From: a virus
IMG/VR virus record: IMGVR_UViG_3300045988_129166
Length of the DNA stretch: 64,000 nt
Direction: 5' to 3' (one strand)
Position 1 is the first letter of the stretch, and every line of letters begins with the position of its first letter. The position numbers were made by a program, and so were the translations under genes. Shown here in pieces: positions 8,503-17,914 of this stretch. The notes under the pieces were generated by a model. It was not told the origin of the DNA. It ran no database searches and was given only the letters and a program-made list of their open reading frames with translations.

Positions 8503-9309
8503 ATGATAACATCGGTAAAAATAAAAGACAATACAAAAACTCCATTTGAATACGTTTCTAATATAGAAGCATTTGAAAATGGCAGAGAATTTATTTTCAA
8601 GCCAGGAGTGAATGTAATTATAGGTAAAAACGGTAGTGGAAAATCAACCTTGCTTAACATCATATCAATGTATGCGTTATGCGAGAAATCCATGTGCTCT
8701 GAAATGCCGATCGAAGCGCTGGACTTTCCACCCATATTTGATGATAATGACAAGGTTCTTGATGGGATTGACATATCATCTGATTATGAAGGGAAAGTAT
8801 TCCGTTTATTGCCATCAACGGAAACGAATCGAAATGACGTATTGAAAAACATCAGCAATTTCGATTTGTATGTGAATAATATTCGAAGATCTTATGGAGA
8901 GAAAGTGGTGTTATCATTGGAATCACTTTTTAATTTAATGTTCGGCCAAAAGGATTATACATTTCCAATACAAGATCTTGTAGAATACAAGAAAAAAACA
9001 AATACGTTTTGGATTAAAAGAATTGATAATCTGTTGAAGTATTACAAAAGAAACCGTATAACATTAACAAAAAGCAGTTTTGAATACACGGTTCTCATGG
9101 ATGAGCCGGACAGGAATCTTGACATTGACAACATAATGCAAATTTATAATGTATTATCATTCCATAAACCACAAACACAAATTATAGCCATAGTACACAA
9201 TCCGGCATTGATTTACAAATTAAGCAAATTGGATTGTGTGAATTTCATAGAGATGACAGAAGGATATCTAAAGGATGTTGTCAATTTCATAAGTGAAACA
9301 AATAAATGA
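8503..9309 (+). CDS. Minimal ABC-type ATPase (SMC/Rad50/RecF-like, AAA_21/23-like)
   Basis: Walker A GKNGSGKSTLLN; signature-like SYGEKVVLSL; Walker B/D-loop VLMDEPDRNLD; H-loop IIAIVHN. Confidence 0.8.
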   Translation: MITSVKIKDNTKTPFEYVSNIEAFENGREFIFKPGVNVIIGKNGSGKSTLLNIISMYALCEKSMCSEMPIEALDFPPIFDDNDKVLDGIDISSDYEGKVFRLLPSTETNRNDVLKNISNFDLYVNNIRRSYGEKVVLSLESLFNLMFGQKDYTFPIQDLVEYKKKTNTFWIKRIDNLLKYYKRNRITLTKSSFEYTVLMDEPDRNLDIDNIMQIYNVLSFHKPQTQIIAIVHNPALIYKLSKLDCVNFIEMTEGYLKDVVNFISETNK

Positions 9310-9315
9310 AAGAGA

Positions 9316-9660
9316 ATGAGAAAAGAACTGAAAATAATAGGATCAAGAGATCGGCACGTATTTACAGCGACATTCATTCGTTTTGGATTCAGGGATGGGT
9401 ATAAAGGGCCTGTAAAGACAATACTTTTACAAGACGTGTTACTCGATGGTAAAGTAGTAACAGACCATTTGTGGTTTGATTTGACAAAAGGATTCAAAAA
9501 CGCTGATTTATTACCGGGAGATGTGGTTGAGTTCTGCGCAAGGGTTAGCGTTTACGAGAAAGGATATAAAGGATATAGGAATAACGTATTCGGTAGACCG
9601 ATAGAAAAGGATTATCGATTGTCAAGACCAACAAAGATTAAAAAGATTGGGGATAAATAA
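9316..9660 (+). CDS. Hypothetical protein (114 aa)
   Basis: ORF 7 nt downstream of the ATPase gene. Confidence 0.65.
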   Translation: MRKELKIIGSRDRHVFTATFIRFGFRDGYKGPVKTILLQDVLLDGKVVTDHLWFDLTKGFKNADLLPGDVVEFCARVSVYEKGYKGYRNNVFGRPIEKDYRLSRPTKIKKIGDK

Positions 9661-9733
9661 ATATAATTTAACAAAATTTAGGCGTGGTAGCATGTTAAAC
9701 TTTTATATTTGTACTTAATTAATTAAAGAAAAA

Positions 9734-10048
9734 ATGAACTGGAAGAAATTTAAAGAGGAAAAACCTCCAGAGGGAGAAGAAGTGTTGGCTTACCATCCAA
9801 GTTGGATAGATGAAGATTTCAACCCAAGAGGTATAAGAATAGGGTTTTGGAATGGAGGGGACGATTTTAAATCAGCCCATTGGTGGGATTATCAAGATTG
9901 TTATATCACAATCTCTCATTGTGATTGTGATGATAATTCTCTTTTCAGTGATAGAATAAAAAACAGCATAGAGCCAGAGTTATGGATATCACTTGATGTT
10001 ATTACAAATTACTTACCTAACATAAAACAAAATCACTTATCACAATGA
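9734..10048 (+). CDS. DUF551-like phage protein
   Basis: N-terminal W..F.EEKPPEGEEVLAY resembles the DUF551 signature W...LPEEGEEVLVY (from memory). Confidence 0.6.
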   Translation: MNWKKFKEEKPPEGEEVLAYHPSWIDEDFNPRGIRIGFWNGGDDFKSAHWWDYQDCYITISHCDCDDNSLFSDRIKNSIEPELWISLDVITNYLPNIKQNHLSQ

Positions 10049-10143
10049 GCTATTTTATGATTATTTAACCAACAAAATCACCATACTTTAGAAGGTGGAT
10101 GAATTGGGTTGATTAATTTTGAATCAAAATTACAGATAAAAAA

Positions 10144-11022
10144 ATGATTTCATACAAATACAACATCTATCATTCAAAGAAAACGAAGTATCTAGACAAG
10201 ATGCTTCGTGAATGTTGTTTTGTATGGAATCATGCTTTAGCTCTACAACGTAGGTATTACAAACTGTTTGGGAAATATATATCAATTGGTAAGATGAAGA
10301 AACATTTTACCAAAAGAATTAAAAGAAATCTTCTTCATTCTCAAACAACACAAGAAATACTTGAGCGTCTTGATGAATCTTATAATCGTTTCTTTAAGAA
10401 GTTGGCTAAACGACCTCCTAAGTTTAAATCACCGGAGAAATTCAATTCTTTTGTATTCAAACAAGGTGGTTTTACCCTGAATGGTAATTGTTTAACAATT
10501 AACAAAGGAAACAAACGATTTAGATTCTCATACAGTAGACCTTATGAAGGTAATGTTAAGCAAATAAGAATAGTTAGAGAAACCTGTTCACGTTTTAGTT
10601 TGATTATAATTACAGATCATAATCATTCAAACTCTTATAGAAAGACACATGATGGTGCATCTATAGGATTGGATTTTGGTCTGAAAACTTATCTAACTAA
10701 AAGCGATGGTAGCAAAATTGGATCTCCTCTATTCTTCAAACAATATCAAAACAAGATTAGAAAACTAAACAAACGGCTTTCTAATGCAAAGAAAGGATCT
10801 AACAATAGAAGAAGGAGACTGTTTGAACTCCAACAAAAGTATCGTAAAATAAACGATCTTCGATCAGACTTTCAATGGAAATTAGCTCATGATTTGTGTA
10901 AACAATATGATTATATTTTTATTGAAGATCTAAACATTGAAGGGATGAAACGTTTGTGGGGAAAGAAAGTTTCCGATCTTAGTCACTCTTCTGGCGTTAG
11001 TTATAAAAGGCATCTTATCTAA
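10144..11022 (+). CDS. tnpB: TnpB-like protein (IS200/IS605 OrfB family), C-terminally truncated: zinc finger and RuvC-III absent
   Basis: RuvC-I GLDFGLKTYLT (Asp present); RuvC-II YIFIEDLNIEGMKR (Glu present); ORF stops ~100 aa before a canonical TnpB C-terminus; no tnpA nearby. Confidence 0.8.
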   Translation: MISYKYNIYHSKKTKYLDKMLRECCFVWNHALALQRRYYKLFGKYISIGKMKKHFTKRIKRNLLHSQTTQEILERLDESYNRFFKKLAKRPPKFKSPEKFNSFVFKQGGFTLNGNCLTINKGNKRFRFSYSRPYEGNVKQIRIVRETCSRFSLIIITDHNHSNSYRKTHDGASIGLDFGLKTYLTKSDGSKIGSPLFFKQYQNKIRKLNKRLSNAKKGSNNRRRRLFELQQKYRKINDLRSDFQWKLAHDLCKQYDYIFIEDLNIEGMKRLWGKKVSDLSHSSGVSYKRHLI

Positions 11023-11121
11023 TAATGAAATGATGATGATGGACGTTTTGCAGTGGTGTTCTGAAAGATTTAAAAATAGTATAGAGAAAGGAAAGAAATC
11101 AACTAATTAAATATTAATACA

Positions 11122-11592
11122 ATGAATCGCTGGTTTGAAATTACGGTAAAAGCCGAGATTGATAATATCGAGAACGGCAAAAAAAAGAAAGTAACTGAAA
11201 AGTATTTGGTAGATGCCTTATCTTATACAGAGGCAGAATCAAGATCTTTAGAGATTTTCAAGGATTTATTTCAAGTGTTCGACATTGTTAAAATAAATCC
11301 TATTAAAGTGTCGGAAATCTTCTTCAACGGAGAAGCTGAGTACTGGTATAAGTGTAAGGTAAATTACATTACACTGGATGAAAAGAAAGGTAAAGAAAAG
11401 AAAACGCCATGCTATATGTATGTCCAGGCCGGCAATCCGAAAGACGCTGAGGCTGTGTTAACTAAAGGTATGCAGGGCACGTTAGGAGACTGGAATTGCG
11501 AAGCTATTGCTGAAACGAAGATCATTGACGTATTCAAATACGATCTTCAGAAGGGAGCTGAAAAATTAGGCGAGAAGAAGAGTGAAGAGTAA
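11122..11592 (+). CDS. Hypothetical protein (156 aa)
   Basis: ORF in array. Confidence 0.7.
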   Translation: MNRWFEITVKAEIDNIENGKKKKVTEKYLVDALSYTEAESRSLEIFKDLFQVFDIVKINPIKVSEIFFNGEAEYWYKCKVNYITLDEKKGKEKKTPCYMYVQAGNPKDAEAVLTKGMQGTLGDWNCEAIAETKIIDVFKYDLQKGAEKLGEKKSEE

Positions 11593-11821
11593 GGCTGATG
11601 TAGTTTCCAACATAGCGCTTGTTGTGGCGATAATATCATTGCTTTCAGCAGGCGCTTTCCTTCTGATAGTGATTAAGACAGACGAGGTATCTAAATTATT
11701 AATGAACGTACCTTATCTACTGGCTTCAGCGGGATTGTTCTTTTCAATAATATCATTATTATTCGAATGGAAAGCAAGGAAAAGAAGCTATACGTCTGCG
11801 AACGATGTGGACGAAAAGTGA
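11582..11821 (+). CDS. Small membrane protein (two predicted TM helices)
   Basis: 79 aa; hydrophobic stretches IALVVAIISLLSAGAFLLIVI and LLASAGLFFSIISLLF. Confidence 0.5.
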   Translation: MKSKADVVSNIALVVAIISLLSAGAFLLIVIKTDEVSKLLMNVPYLLASAGLFFSIISLLFEWKARKRSYTSANDVDEK

Positions 11822-12291
11822 TGATAAGAAGTCATGGCTTATGCCAGGCTTGCAGGAGCAAAGAGTTGACTCCGAAGAAAAAAAACAGAATTACATCCAT
11901 TAAAAACAGCAGCAAGAAGAAAAAGTTAGAGAACCCGGATTTATCCGGGTTTTTTCGTCTTATGTTGGAGGAGTTGAGTACTATTCGAATGTCTATGACC
12001 GGTAAGGCTATTCATTTTCCTACAGTATGTAACATCTGTCACATACTTCCGAAAAGGATATATAAGTCGGTTGCTACTTGCAGAGATAATATAGTTTTCC
12101 TACATGAATCGGAGCATACGGTATTCGACATGTATCTTGACCGGATGGAATTTGATAAACTTGAAACAGAATTTCCTTTTGTGTGGAAGTATGCGGTAAA
12201 GAAGGTACTGGATATGGAAAGCAGGGGAATGATTAAAGAAAGAGGTAGATTAATTATTGAAATAATTGACAGATATGAGAAAACTTTATAA
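11767..12291 (+). CDS. Zinc-ribbon protein with HNH-like CxxCH...HxxxH arrangement (possible nuclease)
   Basis: N-terminal CERCG...CQAC; later CNICH ... N ... HESEH. Confidence 0.6.
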   Translation: MESKEKKLYVCERCGRKVMIRSHGLCQACRSKELTPKKKNRITSIKNSSKKKKLENPDLSGFFRLMLEELSTIRMSMTGKAIHFPTVCNICHILPKRIYKSVATCRDNIVFLHESEHTVFDMYLDRMEFDKLETEFPFVWKYAVKKVLDMESRGMIKERGRLIIEIIDRYEKTL

Positions 12292-12451
12292 AATAAGAAT
12301 AGAAGCTGACAATGAAACTATCTTTTATGCTCACATACAGAGAGAGAGTTATGGTAAGGATATAGCTATCGCAGTGAAAGATAGAGATAAAGATGAAGTG
12401 GAAACAGTGTTACATTGTATTAAAGAAGAATTGATTAGAGGAAGATCATGA
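12266..12451 (+). CDS. Hypothetical small protein
   Basis: 61-aa ORF; ATGA overlap downstream. Confidence 0.45.
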   Translation: MTDMRKLYKIRIEADNETIFYAHIQRESYGKDIAIAVKDRDKDEVETVLHCIKEELIRGRS

Positions 12452-13764
12452 AAGAGAAAATAAAAATATTGACAGATTTAGGGTTTGCGCCTATGGTGGA
12501 AGGAGAAGGAAATACGTTGTTTAGAATGAACGATGTTGTGATGTCGGTGTCAAATCCTAATCAAACACCAGAGCAGTTGAAGAAGGAGGTTATGTCTTTA
12601 ATAAAGAACAGAGACATAGCAGAAAGAGGCGGACAGGTTCCAGTAGTTGAAGAGCCGGCGCCTGAGCCAGAGCAGGCCCAGGGAGAAGAACCGGAAGCTC
12701 CGGTAGAGGAAGCAGATCCTAACCCTGGAGAGGAAGATTCGAATCCGTTTACAGAAAATCAAGAAACGTTAGAGCCGTTTTATATCTGCGATGAGTTGAA
12801 GAAGATTGAGACTCCCAAATTCGTAAGATTGACATTAGACGATAATCGTTTTTATGTAAGGAAGATGGATGATGGAACGGCCAAGATATATGCTTCAGTA
12901 ACAACCTTAATCAAAGATGGGTATGTAGATGATAAGACCGCACTTCAGGAATGGAAGCAAGAGATAAAGATGCTTGGTCGCAATCCGGAAGAGGTGGCGC
13001 AGTATGAAGCTGATAAGGGAACGATCATGCACTACTTATACGGATTGTACCTAACAGGTAGAGATATGGTCTTAAATCGAAGTTTTATAGTTAAGACAGT
13101 GCAAGAAGGCAAGCTGAAGATATCGAAAAAGAATCTTGACAAATTCTTTGGTAGCATAGATGATCTTGACGATATGATTGTCAGAGTTATGAAGTTTGCT
13201 AAGTTTTGTTCGGAGTATAAGGTTAAGCCGATGATGATTGAAAGAATATTGTCATTAGAAGACTATTTGGTAGCTACGCCGATAGATGCGATGGTTAAAA
13301 TGACATTCAAGTACAAAGAAGAAGGTTATTTTGGAGCCGTGTATCAAAGGGCTACAGGGCAGTTTAAAAAAGGTGATCCGAAGAAGGAGGTAAGAGAAGT
13401 GGAGAAGGAAGAAGTGGTTATTCTCGACTTTAAATCAGGGGGAATATGGGAATCATACGCATTTCAATTAGAAGCTGAAAGAAGAATGGTTAAAGCATGG
13501 TATGGGATTGATGCACGTATTATGAACTTTTCTCCAAAAAGCACGAGCAGCAAAGGATATACGCTGAAAGAATGGACAGAAGACAGTATAGCACTTGAAA
13601 AGGCGGACTGCGTGTTCCAACAAGGTATGTTGAATCACCTTAGAAAAGATAAGAAGTTCAAAGTGAGAAAAGGAGTGCTGAATATCAATAAGCCGTACAA
13701 TGAAGAGGATCATACGGTCGTGTATGATATTGCAGAGGAAATGTCTAAAAGATTCATAATATGA
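12448..13764 (+). CDS. Putative PD-(D/E)XK-type nuclease with N-terminal Pro/Glu-rich linker
   Basis: 438 aa; PIDAMV ... VVILDFKSGG fits hhD...D-x-K (motifs II/III); functional call is tentative. Confidence 0.7.
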   Translation: MKEKIKILTDLGFAPMVEGEGNTLFRMNDVVMSVSNPNQTPEQLKKEVMSLIKNRDIAERGGQVPVVEEPAPEPEQAQGEEPEAPVEEADPNPGEEDSNPFTENQETLEPFYICDELKKIETPKFVRLTLDDNRFYVRKMDDGTAKIYASVTTLIKDGYVDDKTALQEWKQEIKMLGRNPEEVAQYEADKGTIMHYLYGLYLTGRDMVLNRSFIVKTVQEGKLKISKKNLDKFFGSIDDLDDMIVRVMKFAKFCSEYKVKPMMIERILSLEDYLVATPIDAMVKMTFKYKEEGYFGAVYQRATGQFKKGDPKKEVREVEKEEVVILDFKSGGIWESYAFQLEAERRMVKAWYGIDARIMNFSPKSTSSKGYTLKEWTEDSIALEKADCVFQQGMLNHLRKDKKFKVRKGVLNINKPYNEEDHTVVYDIAEEMSKRFII

Positions 13765-13994
13765 ACGATATTGTTATTCCTGAAGGAGATTATATAGAAA
13801 TCGTAAAACCGATATGTATCAATCCTTTTGGTGATTATTTTATTAACATCAAAAGGGGTTCAAGATTAAGATTATCGAAAGATTTGAAAATAGGAGATAA
13901 ATATGCAATATGTGTACTTGCATCTCATAAGAAATATGGCAAGACCATCGAAACAATAATGCCTATATTGGTCAGAAATACAAGAAGAGTATGA
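13761..13994 (+). CDS. Hypothetical protein
   Basis: 77-aa ORF with ATGA overlaps. Confidence 0.6.
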   Translation: MNDIVIPEGDYIEIVKPICINPFGDYFINIKRGSRLRLSKDLKIGDKYAICVLASHKKYGKTIETIMPILVRNTRRV

Positions 13995-14341
13995 AAAGAA
14001 AAATTAGAAGAACAGGAGAGATAATAGACGTAATCACTTTCAGTAGCTCAACTACAAGAAGCGACCATGACAGAATACAGTTCTATGGTGATAATGGGAA
14101 TGTGATAAGTGAGAGTTTAAATTTTTATCTCGATACCCTTCCTGTAAATGACGAAAACAAAGATGTAGACTGGGAGCAACGTAGATTCGATCTTATTAAG
14201 GCTTATTCTATTGAGTTTGTTAAAGCACAAAATAGAAAAGGTGAAATAGATTGCGGAGTATATGTACCAGATGTGGTGTCATGGTCTATAACTATAGCAG
14301 ATAGAATCATAGAAGCAATGAGAGGAGTCAAAAATGCTTGA
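13991..14341 (+). CDS. Hypothetical protein
   Basis: 116-aa ORF. Confidence 0.6.
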   Translation: MKRKIRRTGEIIDVITFSSSTTRSDHDRIQFYGDNGNVISESLNFYLDTLPVNDENKDVDWEQRRFDLIKAYSIEFVKAQNRKGEIDCGVYVPDVVSWSITIADRIIEAMRGVKNA

Positions 14342-15347
14342 TTTTAGAAGATACGAAAACGTACCCCGGTTTCAACTTGACCGCAGGCCTGGCAGGAGCC
14401 GACTAAAGCTGACCTGCCCGGCTTGCGGAAAAAGCCGGTGCCTCACTCCTTATATTGATGTGGCAACAGGTCAGGTTGTTGGTAACGAGTTCGGAAGATG
14501 CGATCATGAACGGACTTGCGGTTACGATAAACGACCCACTGGTAAGGATGTAGGTGACAAAGATCTTTGGATTTCAGGAAACAAGTGTATAAGAGCTTAT
14601 CGCCCTCCTGTAAATCCTGACGTTGTAAATTACATACCTTTTAGCGAGTTTGAGAGGACTGTGGTTCCAGACGACAGAAACACCGTATTTAGATTTTTAT
14701 CGTCTCTATGGGGAAAAGAAAGGGTATCTGATGCGTTCAGAAGGTATCATGTCGGAACAATGGATTTATGGGGATGGAAAGGGTGTTGTATATTCTGGCA
14801 GATAGACAAAGATTTTGTATGTAGAACCGGCAAGATCATGGACTTTTATATAAAGACCGACAGCCAGGGGAATGAGATTGATGTAAAAAGAGTGAAGGAA
14901 AAAGACGGTGACAATGAGCGGCCTCATGTTATGTTTTATCACTCGTTGCATGCAAGAGACTTCTTGTTTAGGCAATGCCTGTTCGGAGAGCATCTTCTAA
15001 GCCAGTATCCGGATAAGGTGGTTAATCTGGTGGAATCAGAAAAGACGGCTATTATATGCGCTGTGAATAAACCAGATGAGTTATTTGTAGCTACCGGTGG
15101 GTTGCAGAATCTAAGGCCGGAAGTGATAGATGTTTTAAAAGATAGAAAGACTGTAGCTTTTCCGGACAAAGGACAAGCATTTGAGACATGGAGTAAAAAG
15201 ATAGATGGGATGATGATGAAGTCAAGGATAAAAGTATCGGACTATCTTCAAAATGTTGAAAATGTAGGAGACGGAGATGATGTGGCAGATTTGATAATTA
15301 GTAACAAGATAAAAGAAAAATATCATGAGCCTGGATGTTTATATTAA
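14334..15347 (+). CDS. Putative DNA primase (N-terminal zinc ribbon plus TOPRIM-like C-terminal region)
   Basis: LTCPACGKSRC...GRCDHERTCG zinc ribbon; VVNLVESEKTAIICA conserved Glu and downstream acidic FPDKG; sits next to the DnaB-like gene. Confidence 0.7.
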   Translation: MLDFRRYENVPRFQLDRRPGRSRLKLTCPACGKSRCLTPYIDVATGQVVGNEFGRCDHERTCGYDKRPTGKDVGDKDLWISGNKCIRAYRPPVNPDVVNYIPFSEFERTVVPDDRNTVFRFLSSLWGKERVSDAFRRYHVGTMDLWGWKGCCIFWQIDKDFVCRTGKIMDFYIKTDSQGNEIDVKRVKEKDGDNERPHVMFYHSLHARDFLFRQCLFGEHLLSQYPDKVVNLVESEKTAIICAVNKPDELFVATGGLQNLRPEVIDVLKDRKTVAFPDKGQAFETWSKKIDGMMMKSRIKVSDYLQNVENVGDGDDVADLIISNKIKEKYHEPGCLY

Positions 15348-15675
15348 GAACAAGAAGAAAGAAGATCGTGAATGGGTTGCAAACATTACCCACAACATGA
15401 ACAAGATGGCACAAAGGATATTCGTATCAGAAAATAAAGAAACGCTGTACGATTATGTTTGGAGACCAGAAGAATTGTATAGAGAAATATATACCAATGA
15501 GATGAAGAATGTACTTACAAAAGGTATATGTATTATGATCTCCAAGAGAAAAAGTCTTTTGAAATACGAGCCAGAAAATGGATGGGGGTCTTATGATTCA
15601 TTTCTTAAGTTTCTTATCGAATATAAAGAGGCGTGTGAAGATCATCCGGGTTATATAATTGAAGCAAGTAGATAA
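15325..15675 (+). CDS. Hypothetical protein
   Basis: 116-aa ORF. Confidence 0.6.
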   Translation: MSLDVYIKNKKKEDREWVANITHNMNKMAQRIFVSENKETLYDYVWRPEELYREIYTNEMKNVLTKGICIMISKRKSLLKYEPENGWGSYDSFLKFLIEYKEACEDHPGYIIEASR

Positions 15676-15934
15676 TATGAAAAATTACAAAAACACTTTA
15701 AATGAGGTAGTGGTGATCGAATCATCACCAGAAACGTATTTTGTTTACGCTATTCGTAATGCTATTCGTATCTCTAAATGTGCGTATCCGACAGCCAAGA
15801 AAGTAATTTTCAAAAGAGAGGACGTAGAGGTAGAGATTTCGGAAATGGAAACTGAGAGCAGTTTGTATGAAAAGTTTAAAGAAAAACAAAAGAATAGGGT
15901 ATGGAACTTAATGAGCGCCAACAACGGGTTTTAA
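15659..15934 (+). CDS. Hypothetical protein
   Basis: 91-aa ORF. Confidence 0.55.
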   Translation: MKQVDNMKNYKNTLNEVVVIESSPETYFVYAIRNAIRISKCAYPTAKKVIFKREDVEVEISEMETESSLYEKFKEKQKNRVWNLMSANNGF

Positions 15935-16467
15935 GAGGCGAAATTTGTCCTTATTGTGGAAGAGAAACCGAGTTGGTCAATGCCGATAAAATATATAGCA
16001 GAAAAGACTTAGGGATGGTTATGATGTGCAAACCATGCAATGCTTATGTCGGTGTTCATGAATCAGGGCCGAATAAGGGAAAAGCTAAAGGCCGGCTTGC
16101 GGGGCCATCACTGAGGTCTCTTAAGATAAGAGTCCATGCCGAACTTGATAGACTATGGTCTACGCCGGAGGAACGGAAAAGGATGTATAAAGATTTATCT
16201 GAATTTCTATCTATACCGGAAGAGTACACACATATAGGTATGTTTGGCGAGAAGACGATGGGAAAAGTCTTTCAGTTCTGTCATGCAAACAAAGAACGAT
16301 CAGGTTCGAGAATAGAATGGCATAAGCCTGGAGATAAGTGCCCTAATAAGAACAATCAAATAGTGTCAGGAAGTAGTGCATGTAGAGGATGTCCTGAGTA
16401 TCTTCATGATGAGAAAGACGGGTATGTCTGGTGTGATCCTGATATGAGCTACGGCAGGTTGAAATAG
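15901..16467 (+). CDS. Zinc-finger protein (CPYCG...CKPCN), function unknown
   Basis: Two CxxC pairs at the N-terminus and a later CRGCPEY. Confidence 0.65.
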   Translation: MELNERQQRVLRGEICPYCGRETELVNADKIYSRKDLGMVMMCKPCNAYVGVHESGPNKGKAKGRLAGPSLRSLKIRVHAELDRLWSTPEERKRMYKDLSEFLSIPEEYTHIGMFGEKTMGKVFQFCHANKERSGSRIEWHKPGDKCPNKNNQIVSGSSACRGCPEYLHDEKDGYVWCDPDMSYGRLK

Positions 16468-16519
16468 GGCGCGAATTGCCTATCTTTGTGCTATTATTAA
16501 TCAAAAAAAATATAAGCAC

Positions 16520-16798
16520 ATGGGTAGATCGACAGAGTACTACAGGACTCATCCCGAAGCCAGGAAGAAAAAGGCTAAAAAAGACAAGGAGATAAATGCC
16601 AGACCGGAACAGAAAGCCAAACGCCGAGAGCTTGGTCGTAAAAACTACGAAACGGACAAGAAGAAGGGAAAGGGCTGGAGGAAAGGCAAGGATTGTTCTC
16701 ATACCAAGAACGGTCTTAGGTATAAATCAGTAAAAGCTAATAGGGGATCCAAATCGGATACGAAAGGTGACAAAAATGCAAGAGGAGATAGCAAATAG
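16520..16798 (+). CDS. Highly basic Lys/Arg-rich small protein (possible nucleic-acid binding)
   Basis: 92 aa; more than 35% K/R. Confidence 0.5.
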   Translation: MGRSTEYYRTHPEARKKKAKKDKEINARPEQKAKRRELGRKNYETDKKKGKGWRKGKDCSHTKNGLRYKSVKANRGSKSDTKGDKNARGDSK

Positions 16799-17900
16799 GA
16801 TAGATATAAGAAGGATATTCAAGACCTCTAAACAGGTTATGGAAGAGGCGTATGAGAATATATTGAAATACAGGCGGGGAGAGCTTATCCCCGCTAAAAC
16901 CGGATACGATTATATTGACGAAGCTTTACTTGGAGGTATTTTTCCTCAGCACGCTATTGCCATAGGAGCCCGGCCATCTGTAGGTAAATCGTATGTGGCC
17001 CAAAAGATATTGGAAAATGTGATGAATCCGATGATCAACCCGCAAGCAGAAGATTATTTTCTTGTTAATTGCGAGTTCGAAATGAATCCTCAAGATCTTC
17101 TTCTTCGTAGAATGAGCCAAGATATGAAAAAGCGAGCTCCTGAAATATTAAGAAGGCAAGATTCTAATACAGTAGAAGAGATGAGGATGTTTGAAATCCT
17201 TCAAGGTGAAATCAGGAATAATATAATATACATCGATGCTCCGTGTACGGTAAAAGAGTTTGAGGCGGCTGTGTATCATATAGCTACCAAACACAAAGAC
17301 AAACGTCTTATAATATTTAAAGTCGATCATATTGCTTTGATAAAAAGAATGGGGTTAGATCCTAAGTCGGCTATAGATGATTTGGTGGCGGTTATGAACG
17401 AAGCTAAATTAGTATATAAAAACATATTTTTCCTCATCATATCCCAATTCAACAGAGAGATAGAAGGAAGGATAAAAAGCCCACAAGAGCAGCCTCCGCG
17501 TCTTTCTGATTTTTACCAATCTGATACGCTGGGTCAGTTATGTACGTTAATGATAGGTTTGCACAATCCTCGTAGGTACGGGCTGGATAAGTATATGATA
17601 TTTGGGAAAGATTGGTATCAGACTCTTGATAGGTTTAAAACTGAAAACAAAACATCATTCAGGACAGCCGGACTTGTGTTTCATCATATACTGAAGGTAA
17701 GGCAAGTTAGTATGGAAGAGCTTACTAATACAATCCACCCAGAGATCCTGCCGGGACATGGATGGATGTACGGGGAGGGCGGGACGAAGTTCGTGAACCC
17801 CAACCAGCCGCCGACGCCTCCCAAGCTCTATACTGTGGAAGACGTTACGGACAATCAGGAACAAGAACAAGAGACAAAAGAAGAACAGTCATTGTATTAA
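16767..17900 (+). CDS. DnaB-like replicative helicase (RecA-fold C-terminal domain)
   Basis: Walker A GARPSVGKS matches DnaB GARPSMGKT; H2-like LIIFKVDHIALIK. Confidence 0.85.
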   Translation: MTKMQEEIANRIDIRRIFKTSKQVMEEAYENILKYRRGELIPAKTGYDYIDEALLGGIFPQHAIAIGARPSVGKSYVAQKILENVMNPMINPQAEDYFLVNCEFEMNPQDLLLRRMSQDMKKRAPEILRRQDSNTVEEMRMFEILQGEIRNNIIYIDAPCTVKEFEAAVYHIATKHKDKRLIIFKVDHIALIKRMGLDPKSAIDDLVAVMNEAKLVYKNIFFLIISQFNREIEGRIKSPQEQPPRLSDFYQSDTLGQLCTLMIGLHNPRRYGLDKYMIFGKDWYQTLDRFKTENKTSFRTAGLVFHHILKVRQVSMEELTNTIHPEILPGHGWMYGEGGTKFVNPNQPPTPPKLYTVEDVTDNQEQEQETKEEQSLY

Positions 17901-17914
17901 AAAAAATAAGAACC

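Noticed and set aside
3161-14420. Shared 13-14-nt string GACTAAAGC(C/T)GAC in two GC-rich islands (3170 and 14400).
   Set aside because: Many 12-13-mer matches are expected by chance in a 64-kb window (order of 100 for 12-mers), and there is no flanking similarity.
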